DNA from: an uncultured Gemmatimonadales bacterium
GTDB taxonomy: Bacteria > Gemmatimonadota > Gemmatimonadetes > Gemmatimonadales > GWC2-71-9
Length of the DNA: 64,000 nt
Direction: 5' to 3'
Assembly (NCBI GenBank): GCA_963795085.1
Contig: CAWCFX010000006.1
Span: forward strand, 736,001 to 800,000
Positions within the stretch are counted from its first letter, which is position 1. Each line of letters begins with the position of its first letter. Positions 8,903 through 17,915 of the stretch are shown piece after piece. The notes below the pieces were generated by a model. That model ran no database searches and was not told the origin of the DNA. It saw nothing but the letters and a program-made list of their open reading frames with translations. Both the position numbers and the translations under genes were made by a program.

Positions 8903-9562
8903 ATGACCGGCCTCATGCTGGTCAAGTCCGGGATGATCAGGCGGGTCAACGCGTTCCTCGCGGCCAATCCGCTGGGTTATGCCGAGGGTGACGAGGTGGT
9001 CGCCCGGCTGGGGCAGAAGGTGGCGCGGCTCAACGCGCTCGAAGTACAGCAGGAATCGGGACTGCAGTCCTCCCGCAGCAGTGCCATCCACCGCCGCGAG
9101 CTGCGCCGGGCCATCACCCGCATCACCCTGTTCCACGTCCTCAGGGTGGCGAAGCTGCTGGCGCCGGACCACCCGGGCGAAGCGGGCGGGATCCAGCGAC
9201 CCCCGCCGGGCAGGGGCGAACAGTCCTTCCTCACCCGGGTGCAGGCGATCGTGCAGGAAGTCGAGGCCCATCTCGATGCGTTCCTCCACGCCGGGCTCTC
9301 GCCGGAGGGCCTGGCCGAGCTGAAACAGCAGCTCGCCACCTACAAGCAGGCCATGTTGGATGCCCATGCGGCACGCCGGGCCCACACCGGGGCACGGGCC
9401 GAGCTGGAGCAGCAGATCCGGGAGCTGATGCGGATGGTGCAGGTGATGGACGGCATCGTCGGCCTCCGGTTCCGGGACAAGCCGGAACTCATGGGCGCCT
9501 GGAAGAGCGCCCGCAACGTGGCCTGGCCGGTGGAGGAGAGTAAGCCGGCGGAAGCGGCGTGA
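8903..9562 (+). CDS. Hypothetical all-alpha-helical protein (219 aa)
   Basis: Strong RBS GGAGG at 8892-8896; high GC3; ends RFRDKPELMGAWKSARNVAW. Confidence 0.8.
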   Translation: MTGLMLVKSGMIRRVNAFLAANPLGYAEGDEVVARLGQKVARLNALEVQQESGLQSSRSSAIHRRELRRAITRITLFHVLRVAKLLAPDHPGEAGGIQRPPPGRGEQSFLTRVQAIVQEVEAHLDAFLHAGLSPEGLAELKQQLATYKQAMLDAHAARRAHTGARAELEQQIRELMRMVQVMDGIVGLRFRDKPELMGAWKSARNVAWPVEESKPAEAA

Positions 9563-9853
9563 CAGTGGGACAGTGGGACAGTGGGTCAGTGGGTCAGTGG
9601 GTCAGTGGGTCAGGGGGCAGTGGGTCAGTGGGTCAGTGGGTCAGTGGGTCAGTGGATCAGTGGATCAGTGGGTCAGTGGATCAGTGGATCAGTGGGTCAG
9701 TGGGACAGTGGGACAGGGGGACAGTGGGGCAAGCTCCCGTGCGTCCCACTGACCCCCTTGCCCACTGACCCACTGTTTTCCCACTGACCCAATTGTTTGC
9801 CCACTGACCCACTGTTGTGTCCCACTGACCCCCTTGCCCCCTGACCCACTGTT
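9563..9853. repeat. Octamer element R3 (core in reverse orientation)
   Basis: G-arm 9563-9723, core GTGGGGCAAGCTCCCGTGCGTC 9724-9745, C-arm to 9853. Confidence 0.95.
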
Positions 9854-9861
9854 GCTTGCCC

Positions 9862-10974
9862 TCAGTGGCGCAACGTCTGCAGTGAACAGTTGGAGCACAC
9901 AGCACGAAGCTCCCCCTCCAGCGCCGGCCAGGCCCGGCCCAGCTCGGCCACCGTCAGTGGACGGGAGCGCAACCGATCCGCATACGTTCCCAGGATGGCG
10001 GCCACCCGCTGCGACCCTCCCCCATCCAACCCGTTCCGCAGCCGCAGCAGGGTGGTGAAATACTCCTCCCCACCCGCTGCCAGGGCGGCCATGAGCGTCA
10101 CCGAGTCGGGCTGGACGGTTCCCTCGGGCGCGGCACCCAGCCGGAGCCAGGGGAGCATCCAGTTGTCGGTGGCGAAGAGGCCGGCCGGGTTGTCGGCCCA
10201 GAGCCAGGCATGGAGCACCGCGATCCGAGGACCCGCCATCGTGTCGGTCGCGCCGCCGGCCGCGTGGCTCGCGATGAAGCTCTCTTCGTCCACCGAGCCG
10301 GCATGGTAGTGCCACGCCGAGGGGGGGGCCGGAACCGGTGAGCTGGGCGCCTGGTCGTAGGCCAGCTGGGCGTAGGCGACGCCGGCCAGCACCGGCTGGC
10401 CGGCAACAGTGATGTACTCGAGAATAGGCGGCCGCAGGGGATCGATCTCGCCCCGCATGACAATCGCCCGGTTGAGCCAGTGCTCTCCCATGCTGGGAAA
10501 ATCGGGGCCGATCCGGCGATAACCGTCCTTCAGCGCTTCCCGCTGGTCGCGGTAGCGCGCCGTGCTCTCCCGCACCCGATCGGCGAAGGAGTCGATGTCC
10601 CCCACCACGCGCCGGCCATAGGCGCGCCGCAGCTGGCTCTCCAGTTCGGCCGAGACGCCCTGCGGATACCGGCTGATCAGGCGCAGCCGCTCCCGGGAGT
10701 CGCCCCGCAATCGCCCGTCGAAGGAGACCTTGGGCGCACTTCCGGTTTGCACCTGGGACAGCGGGACCCGGATGAGCTGGCTGTTCCGGAGGATCAGGAG
10801 GGCGTTCTGCTCTACCGCGAGCAGCTCCCCCGAGATCCGCGTCTTATCGCTGAGCTGAAGCTGGACCGTCGCACCGGCCGGCCCCTGGGCCGGCGCATAG
10901 TTGTTGGCATGCGTCCCCACCGTGCACGCGGCCATCACCATCACGCCCAGGCCAAGGGCAGTCTGGATTCGCAT
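9862..10974 (-). CDS. Hypothetical lipoprotein, two-domain
   Basis: ATG 10974 with GAGG RBS; lipobox MAAC; C-terminal half has MGEHW..DPLRPPILEY and WHYH/LHAW motifs. Confidence 0.75.
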   Translation of the reverse strand: MRIQTALGLGVMVMAACTVGTHANNYAPAQGPAGATVQLQLSDKTRISGELLAVEQNALLILRNSQLIRVPLSQVQTGSAPKVSFDGRLRGDSRERLRLISRYPQGVSAELESQLRRAYGRRVVGDIDSFADRVRESTARYRDQREALKDGYRRIGPDFPSMGEHWLNRAIVMRGEIDPLRPPILEYITVAGQPVLAGVAYAQLAYDQAPSSPVPAPPSAWHYHAGSVDEESFIASHAAGGATDTMAGPRIAVLHAWLWADNPAGLFATDNWMLPWLRLGAAPEGTVQPDSVTLMAALAAGGEEYFTTLLRLRNGLDGGGSQRVAAILGTYADRLRSRPLTVAELGRAWPALEGELRAVCSNCSLQTLRH

Positions 10975-10976
10975 GG

Positions 10977-12569
10977 TCACCTCACCGGAACGCGGGTGGC
11001 GAAGAAGCGCTGCTCCAGGCTGTCCTGCACCTGGCCCCAGCGCCGCATCGCTTTCTGAAGCGCGACATCGCCCGGCTGGAAGGTCGTGGTGTCCCGGTGG
11101 TTCGCGATCCAGCCCCGGCGAACCCACTCGATGTAGTACCCCTGGGAAGCAAGCAGGAAGGTTCGTTCCCGCCCGGCCGCCGCATCGCCCACGTCCCACC
11201 GGGCGATGAAGGCCTGGCCCGCCTGGGTCTGCAGATACCGCTCGTCGTTGGCCAGCACGCCGGCGAACGCCTCCGGCTCGGCACCCCCTTCGAGCGAAGT
11301 GAGCTGGGCCAGGGGAAGAATGCGGAGAGCCGGACGAGCGACGTGATGGGCCAGGGCGACCCGGTCGATCCGCCAGTTATCCGCCGGGAAACGGATGCGC
11401 AGCCGCAATTCCGAACCGGTCGCCGAGAGGGGAATGGCCACGTCCTTCCAGGCCACCGGTCCGGAGTCCTTCACCCGGGCCACCGGCACCCAGCTCCCGT
11501 TGCGCCACGCCTCGACCGCCATGCCCATCCTCGAGCCATACCACGCCCCCAGCTCGAGGGCTGGACCGATGCGCGACAGGTGCCGGCCCTGCCAGTCGAG
11601 GGAGCGGGCGCCCGGATCGCCCAGCATGATGTCGTACAGGAGCACGGTATTGAGCAGGCTGTTCCGCAGCCGAAGGACCAGTGCCACCGAATCGCCGGGA
11701 CGGGTCTCATCGAAGGTGAGTTCGATCCAGTCTTCCAACTGGGCGCACGGATGGCCGCCGGTACATTCGGCCGATGCGGCCTGGTTCATGACCGAGGCGG
11801 CGGTCTGGTAGACCCGGCCGTCCGCGCCCAGGACCAGATCGTGAACATCCCGTCCGCTCCGGTCCTTCGCACTGCGCGACGCCACCTGGCGGGAGAGCAC
11901 CAGCGGGTTGCCCTCGTGGTCCGGCAGGACGAACCCGCCAGGATCGTGGGTCGCCTCCAGCAGCTCCAGATGATTGATGTAGTGGGTCTCAAACGCCTCG
12001 TTCCGCACTTCCAGGCGGAAGGTCCCGTTGGGATCGGGCCGGCCCCGGAGCCGGTCCACGTCCCTCGCCTCAAAGAGCGGGGCCACGCTGTAGGAGAAAC
12101 CCTCGGCTTCGAGCACCGGGATCCCGGCGCTGTCGCTGTAGTAGGTGGGACAGGAGCCAAAGCACTTGGGGTCGATGGCACAGGCGATGCCCACCCCAAT
12201 GCCAATGACCCCCGCCGTCGCCAGCAACGAGATCCCCACCGACGCGCCGCCATTGATCGCCGTCTGGTAGCTCTCCAGCCCGATCACGCTGTCGAGGGTC
12301 AGGGCGCTGATCGTCGTGGGGTTCTTGAGGGTGAGATCGTACCAGGTGCCTTCGCCGAGCAGGCGGTTCCGCAGGACCAGCACGCCTTTGGGGTAGACGA
12401 CGGTGGCACCATCGATGAGGTGGGCCTTGACCGGCGTCCGCACCAGGACCGAGTCGCTTCCCCGGTCGAGCTCCACAACGGTCACTTTGCGGACCAGGAA
12501 GCAGGCGGAGAGGCCGGCGAGCACGAGTGCCCAGAGCCAGCGGGGCGGAGCAATGCGGAGGGCGAACAT
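10977..12569 (-). CDS. Hypothetical lipoprotein with a conserved CFGSCP motif
   Basis: 530 aa; lipobox LSAC, internal TM segment, GSCPTYY, ETHYINHLEL, GYYIEW. Confidence 0.8.
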   Translation of the reverse strand: MFALRIAPPRWLWALVLAGLSACFLVRKVTVVELDRGSDSVLVRTPVKAHLIDGATVVYPKGVLVLRNRLLGEGTWYDLTLKNPTTISALTLDSVIGLESYQTAINGGASVGISLLATAGVIGIGVGIACAIDPKCFGSCPTYYSDSAGIPVLEAEGFSYSVAPLFEARDVDRLRGRPDPNGTFRLEVRNEAFETHYINHLELLEATHDPGGFVLPDHEGNPLVLSRQVASRSAKDRSGRDVHDLVLGADGRVYQTAASVMNQAASAECTGGHPCAQLEDWIELTFDETRPGDSVALVLRLRNSLLNTVLLYDIMLGDPGARSLDWQGRHLSRIGPALELGAWYGSRMGMAVEAWRNGSWVPVARVKDSGPVAWKDVAIPLSATGSELRLRIRFPADNWRIDRVALAHHVARPALRILPLAQLTSLEGGAEPEAFAGVLANDERYLQTQAGQAFIARWDVGDAAAGRERTFLLASQGYYIEWVRRGWIANHRDTTTFQPGDVALQKAMRRWGQVQDSLEQRFFATRVPVR

Positions 12570-12677
12570 GTGGCCCTTTCGACGGGGATTCCTCGAACGG
12601 CTCGAGGGTCAGTATCCGCGCCGAACAAGGTCCGGCAATGTCAGGGACAAGTCAAGCAGTCGGAGAGGGGCGAAAAA

Positions 12678-12795
12678 GGGGGCAAGGGGGACAGTGGGTC
12701 AGTGGGACAGTGGGTCAGTGGGTCAGTGGGACAGTGGGACAGTGGGACAGTGGGTCAGTGGGACAGTGGGACAGTGGGTCAGTGGGACAGTGGGT
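12678..12795. repeat. Octamer array R4 (G-rich arm only, about 13 units)
   Basis: Directly visible; ends ~12 bp before ATG 12807. Confidence 0.95.
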
Positions 12796-12806
12796 TATGT
12801 TCACCC

Positions 12807-13382
12807 ATGCCCACACCGGTTCTCTTCATCCAGGGTGGCAGCGAAGGCGCGCATGCCGCCGACGCCGAGCTCGCGGACAGCCTCCAGCGGGCGCTGGGGC
12901 AGGATTATGCCGTGGCGTACCCCGCAATGCCTGGCGAGGAGGAACCCAACTACCTGGCGTGGAAGGCCGAGATCCTGCAGCAGCTCAAGAGCATGGGGTC
13001 CGATGCGGTCCTGGTCGGGCACTCGATCGGGGCCTCAGTCATCAGCAAGCTCCTGACCGAGGAGCCGCCGCCGGTTCGCGGCGTCTTCCTCATCGCCGCG
13101 CCATTCTGGCACACCCACGATTTCTGGAACTGGAAAGAGGCGGAACTGCCGGGAGATGCTGCGGCCCGAGTGCCGAAAAACGTGCCGCTCTTTTTCTATC
13201 ACGGTCGGGAGGACGAGACCGTCCCGATTGCCCACCTCAAGATGTACTCCCGGCTCTTCCCCGAAGCGACCATCCGCCGGCTCGATGATCTGGATCATCA
13301 ACTGAAAGGCGACCTCTCGGCGGTGGCAGAGGACATCAGGGGACTGGATGAAGGACCCAGTTCCCCGCGAACTCCGCGGTGA
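12807..13382 (+). CDS. Alpha/beta hydrolase (YdeN/RBBP9-like)
   Basis: 191 aa; FIQGG, LVGHSIG nucleophile elbow, HGREDETVP, DHQL. Confidence 0.88.
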   Translation: MPTPVLFIQGGSEGAHAADAELADSLQRALGQDYAVAYPAMPGEEEPNYLAWKAEILQQLKSMGSDAVLVGHSIGASVISKLLTEEPPPVRGVFLIAAPFWHTHDFWNWKEAELPGDAAARVPKNVPLFFYHGREDETVPIAHLKMYSRLFPEATIRRLDDLDHQLKGDLSAVAEDIRGLDEGPSSPRTPR

Positions 13383-13393
13383 GCTTTAGCTGT

Positions 13394-13500
13394 TGTCCCA
13401 CTGACCCACCGTCCCACCGTCCCACTGACCCACCGTCCCACTGTCCCACTGTCCCACTGACCCACTGACCCACTGTCCCACTGTGTGACCCACTGTCCCC
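13394..13500. repeat. Octamer array R5 (C-rich arm only)
   Basis: (T/A)CCCAC(T/C)G units starting ~12 bp after the stop at 13382. Confidence 0.95.
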
Positions 13501-13502
13501 CC

Positions 13503-14645
13503 TTACTTCACTCTCCTATACACCCGCCCCACCCACCCACCCGGCAGCCCCTCCCCTGCCCCTTCGGCGCGCACCTCGTCCACCGTCTTGCCCGCCGCCT
13601 TGCGGGCCCGCACGAACTCGATGCCGTCCCGGGTCTTCCGGAAGATCGTCTCCAGCTCCGCCAGGTTGGTGACCGTGCCGTGCCCCGGCACCACGATGGT
13701 CTCCGGCGGCAGTGTCACCAGCAGGCGCCCCAGGTCCGCGATGTACCCCTGGATGTCCTCGATGCCGCCCAGCTCGAGGAAGGGGTTGGCGCCGGGGAGG
13801 AAGTTGTCTCCCGTGGCGAGGACCTTCTGCCGGGGGAACCAGGCGAGGACGTCGCCGCCGGTGTGGGCCGGCATCGGCACCAGCACGGCCGTGTCGGCGC
13901 CGCCGAGCGAGATGGCGTGGCGCGCTGAGACGGGCCGGATTGAGGCGGCGAAACCGTGAACGGGAATGGTGACGCCGGGGATGAACTCCTTGGCCTTGCC
14001 CAGCTCCTCGATGGTCGCCGGGTGCGCGAGGAGGACCGCGCCGGCGAACGCCGCGGCTCCGCCGGCGTGGTCTTCATGCTCGTGGGTGATCACCACCCAG
14101 CGCACCGCGTCCCGCCCCAGCTGCCGCGCCGCGGCGTGGCCGCCCGGGAGGTAGCCGGCATCCACCAGCAGGGTGCCCGCGGAACCCCGCACCGCGAGGA
14201 CGTTGCCGCCGGCGCCGGTGAGCAGCGTGATCCCCTCCGCCACCGGCACGGCGCGGAGCGCCAGCTCATCGATTCGCTTCACGATGCCGCGGTAGGCCGG
14301 CCGGTCCCGCAGCCGGTCGAAGCCGGGGTCCACCACGGAGACCCACGCCATGAGTCCCTCGATGTCCTCGTCCAGCATGGCGCCAAGCCAGCGCGCCGCC
14401 CCCTCGGCGTTGCCCTGGAGGGCGTGCCCCCGCGCGGCGTGGTACTGGAAGAACGGCCGGTTGAGGTCGCCCGCCGGCATCAGGGCGGCCGCGCTGTCGG
14501 CGTTCCGGGAGTAGCCGGCGGTATCGCCGCGTTCGAGGGCGGCGCTGCCCGCCCGGAGCATGGCACCGGGAGTCGGCGCGTCCTGTGCGTACAATGGGGC
14601 GGCGAGAAATACCACGGCGAGGAGGCTGCTATGAGTGAATGTCAT
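13503..14645 (-). CDS. Secreted MBL-fold metallo-hydrolase with an N-terminal helical region
   Basis: Signal peptide; THEHEDHAGG, AHTGGD, TGD, VPGHG. Confidence 0.88.
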   Translation of the reverse strand: MTFTHSSLLAVVFLAAPLYAQDAPTPGAMLRAGSAALERGDTAGYSRNADSAAALMPAGDLNRPFFQYHAARGHALQGNAEGAARWLGAMLDEDIEGLMAWVSVVDPGFDRLRDRPAYRGIVKRIDELALRAVPVAEGITLLTGAGGNVLAVRGSAGTLLVDAGYLPGGHAAARQLGRDAVRWVVITHEHEDHAGGAAAFAGAVLLAHPATIEELGKAKEFIPGVTIPVHGFAASIRPVSARHAISLGGADTAVLVPMPAHTGGDVLAWFPRQKVLATGDNFLPGANPFLELGGIEDIQGYIADLGRLLVTLPPETIVVPGHGTVTNLAELETIFRKTRDGIEFVRARKAAGKTVDEVRAEGAGEGLPGGWVGRVYRRVK

Positions 14646-14717
14646 CGGATTCCCTGGAAAGTGAGCGCGGTACGGCGTCGCCCTACAGACGAGCCAACGC
14701 TCCCGATTGTGACAAGC

Positions 14718-14750
14718 GAAAACCCCGCACCGAAGCGGTGCGGGGTTCTC
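14718..14750 (-). terminator. Intrinsic terminator after the S46 peptidase gene
   Basis: Minus strand AACCCCGCACCG-CTT-CGGTGCGGGGTT followed by TT. Confidence 0.8.
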
Positions 14751-14777
14751 CGCCGGCTCCTGGGCCGGTCGGCCTGC

Positions 14778-16886
14778 TCAGCGCTTGCCTTCCATCTCGT
14801 CCGCCAGGGCACCCGCATCATACACTCGACGCAACGCTTCGATGATGCCCCGGGAGTCCACGTACACCGACCGGGCCACCCGCTCGGTGAAGAGGAACCG
14901 GTTGGGCAGCATCTCCATGTTGCCGTCGAAGATCAGGCCCACCACCCGCGCCTCCCGGTCAATCACCGGGCTGCCGGAGTTGCCGCCGATGATGTCCGCG
15001 GTGGAGACGGCATTGAACGGCGTCGCCAGGTTGAGCGAGTCGCGCCGCTCGGCCCACCGGGGCGCCAGGTGAAACGGCTCTTCGCCGGCAAAGGCGTAGT
15101 GGCGGTCATAGAGGCCGTAGAACGTGGTGTACGGTGGCGCCCAGGTGCCGTTGAGCGGATACCGCTTCACCAGCCCGTCCGAGATCCGGAGACTGAAGGT
15201 CGCATCCGGCGCCACCGCGTTGCCGAAGACGGCGAGCAGGGCCCGCGCGATCTGCTCATCGCTCCTGGCTTCGTCGCTGGCCAGGTCGGCCGCCCGCTTC
15301 GCGAGAGTCCGCTCCAGCGGGTCGATGATCCGGGCCAGCCGGATGAACGGATCGTCCGAGGCGAGGATCGCCGAGGCGCCGCCATCCATCAGGGCCTTCC
15401 GGCCGGCGGCGGTCTTGAGGGCGCTGGCTTCGACCATCGCGCGGGCGGCGGCCTCGGGGCTCCTGCCGCCCAGCGCCGCGGTGAGCACCGGGTCGGTCGC
15501 GGGCAGGTCCTGTTTCATCGCCGTGAGCCAGGCGGCGAGGAGCCGGATCTCCTGCTCCGGGTCCACCGGCGTGGCGGAGGCGAGGGCCCGTTCCAGTGAC
15601 GCCTTGTTCGCGTCGCGATAGGCCGAGAGTCGGGCGCTGTCCGGCTTCGCCATTTCGGAAGGCCAGCGCACCAGCACGGCGGCGAGGGTGAGCATCCGGC
15701 TGCCGTAGGCGCTGAAGGCGTGATAGCGGCGGCGCTTATCAATCGCCTTGAGGGCGGCCCGCGTGCTCGTGACGCCGGTCCACGCCCCGCCGAACCGCTG
15801 CTGGAAGCGCGCGTTCGCCTCCACCTTGCTGCGGAACGCCTGCTCCCACGCCCGCTTCTGCGCCATGAGCCGGGGGTCGAGCAGCCCGGACTGGTAACCG
15901 GTGATGGCCTTCTGCGTGTTCTGCAGCCCGAAGATCGTGTTGCGGAGCGCCTTGGCCCGCTCTTCGCTCAGCGCCGACAGCTCCTGGTACACCGCGATCT
16001 GCCGCGCCAGCTGGTCCAGCTGGGCGGGGTACTGCACGTCGCGGAGATACTCCAGCTGGGCCATCGTGTTGAGCCGGCCGGTGGAGCCGGGGTTGCCGGT
16101 GACGAACACCAGGTCTCCCTCTTTGGTGCCGGCGGGGCTCCAGCGGAAATACTCGGTGCTGGCCGGTTTGCCGTCCGCGTAGGCGCGCACCATCGCCATG
16201 TCGAGGTCGAAACGGGGATAGGTGAAGTTGTCGGGGTCGCCGCCGAAGAACCCGGTCTGCGACTCCACCGCGAACACCAGCCGCACATCGGTGAGCCGGT
16301 GGAAGCGGTACAGCTTGTACTGCCCGCCCCGGTACATGGTGACCACCTGGCAGGCGGCGTTGGGCGTCGCCGCCCCGCAGGCCGTCTCCAGCCGCCGGAT
16401 GGCGGCGGCCCGCCGCTCGGCCGCCACGCCGGCCGGCGTCGCCGCGGCGATTCCCGCGTTCACGCTGTCGGTCACATCGGTGATGGCCTGCAGCTGGTCG
16501 AGGAAGAGCCCCTCGCAGACCCGCTCGTCCTCCCGCCTCGACGCATAGAACCCGTTGCCCAGCAGGTCCTCGCCGTCCCGGGTGGAGGATTCAATGCAGG
16601 CCCGGGCACAGTGATGGTTGGTCATCACCAGCCCGTCGGGCGAGACAAAGGAGGCAGAACAGTTACCGCCGTAGCGGACCGACGCGAGGCGGACATGGTC
16701 CAGCCACTCCGCCGGCGGCGTGAAGTTGTAGCGCTGGGCCCAGTACTCCGTGGGCGGGGCGTCGAAGGTCCACATCTTCCCGGTCTCGAGTCCGGGGTAC
16801 TCGCCACTCGCAACCGTCTGGGCGCCGGCCGGTGGTACCACGAGGAAAACCAGGGCCAGCGACAACAACAGGCGTAGGACTTTCAT
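14778..16886 (-). CDS. S46 family dipeptidyl peptidase
   Basis: MWTFD, CSASFVSPDGLVMTNHHC, DNFTYPR, DIIGGNSGSP. Confidence 0.96.
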   Translation of the reverse strand: MKVLRLLLSLALVFLVVPPAGAQTVASGEYPGLETGKMWTFDAPPTEYWAQRYNFTPPAEWLDHVRLASVRYGGNCSASFVSPDGLVMTNHHCARACIESSTRDGEDLLGNGFYASRREDERVCEGLFLDQLQAITDVTDSVNAGIAAATPAGVAAERRAAAIRRLETACGAATPNAACQVVTMYRGGQYKLYRFHRLTDVRLVFAVESQTGFFGGDPDNFTYPRFDLDMAMVRAYADGKPASTEYFRWSPAGTKEGDLVFVTGNPGSTGRLNTMAQLEYLRDVQYPAQLDQLARQIAVYQELSALSEERAKALRNTIFGLQNTQKAITGYQSGLLDPRLMAQKRAWEQAFRSKVEANARFQQRFGGAWTGVTSTRAALKAIDKRRRYHAFSAYGSRMLTLAAVLVRWPSEMAKPDSARLSAYRDANKASLERALASATPVDPEQEIRLLAAWLTAMKQDLPATDPVLTAALGGRSPEAAARAMVEASALKTAAGRKALMDGGASAILASDDPFIRLARIIDPLERTLAKRAADLASDEARSDEQIARALLAVFGNAVAPDATFSLRISDGLVKRYPLNGTWAPPYTTFYGLYDRHYAFAGEEPFHLAPRWAERRDSLNLATPFNAVSTADIIGGNSGSPVIDREARVVGLIFDGNMEMLPNRFLFTERVARSVYVDSRGIIEALRRVYDAGALADEMEGKR

Positions 16887-16921
16887 GAGAACTCCTCTGT
16901 CTCGGTAACTAAAGGGCAGAA

Positions 16922-17398
16922 CAGTGGGTCAGTGGGACACAACAGTGCGTCAGTGGGTCAGGGGGTCAGTGGGACACAACAGTGGGTCAGGGGGTCAGGG
17001 GGTCAGGGGACACAACAGTGGGTCAGTGGGTCAGTGGGTCAGGGGGACACAACAGTGGGTCAGTGGGTCAGTGGGTCAGGGGGACACAACAGTGGGTCAG
17101 TGGGTCAGTGGGTCAGGGGTCAGGGGTCAGGGGTCAGGGGTCAGGGGGTCAGTGGGACACAACAGTGGGTACGTGGGTCAGTGGGTCAGGGGGTCAGTGG
17201 GACACAACAGTGGGTCAGTGGGCAAGGGCGTCAGTGGACGCACGGAAGCCTGGACCCACTGTCCCACTGTCCCACTTGCCCACTGTCCCACTGTCCCACT
17301 TGCCCTACTGTCCCACTGTCCCACTTGCCCTCTGTCCCACTGTCCCACTTGCCCACTGTCCCACTGTCCCACTGTCCCACTTGCCCTCTGTCCCACTG
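16922..17398. repeat. Octamer element R6 (largest)
   Basis: G-arm with GGGACACAACAGTGGG higher-order unit and a CAGGGGT heptamer run; core GACGCACGGAAGCCTGGACCCAC 17237-17259; C-arm. Confidence 0.95.
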
Positions 17399-17408
17399 GC
17401 CCCCTTCC

Positions 17409-17915
17409 TCAAGGCTCCACGTGCACCAACCTCACGTCAAACACCAGCGTGGCATTGGGCGGAATGCCGGGTCCCGGGCTCTGCCGGCCGTAGGCCAGCC
17501 GCGGGGGAATCACCAGGAGCCGACGGCCGCCGACTCGCATGCCCGCCACGCCTTCGTCCCATCCGGAGATCACGAGGCCTTCGCCCAGGTCAAAGGTAAA
17601 GGGGCGCGCGGCGGGGCTCTGATCGAAGAGGGTTCCGTCCGGGAGCCAGCCCGCGTAGGCCACCCGCACCCGGTTGCCGCTGGCGGCGGCCAGGCCGGGT
17701 CCGGCGAGCAGATCCTGGTAGTAAAGACCGGAGGCCGTCCGGGTCATCAGTGCGAGGTTGATCCTGAGCTCGGGCGCGAAGGTGAGGTCTTCCGGCTGCC
17801 CCGAGTTCTGATAGACCGGGCGCGGCGGAGCATCGGGGGCCGCGGCGGGCCGATGGGCGCATCCTGCCAGCAGCATCGCGACGAGCGCCAGGCCCGCGGA
17901 TACTGGGGACCTCAC
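17409..17915 (-). CDS. FKBP-type peptidyl-prolyl isomerase (lipoprotein)
   Basis: Lipobox LAGC; VISGWDEGVAGMRVGGRRLLVIPPRLAYG, IPPNATLVFDV. Confidence 0.95.
   Translation of the reverse strand: MRSPVSAGLALVAMLLAGCAHRPAAAPDAPPRPVYQNSGQPEDLTFAPELRINLALMTRTASGLYYQDLLAGPGLAAASGNRVRVAYAGWLPDGTLFDQSPAARPFTFDLGEGLVISGWDEGVAGMRVGGRRLLVIPPRLAYGRQSPGPGIPPNATLVFDVRLVHVEP

Noticed and set aside
16922..17236. CRISPR array (recurring GGGACACAACAGTGGG units)
   Set aside because: The intervening sequences are themselves octamer repeats rather than unique spacers, and no cas genes are present in the window.
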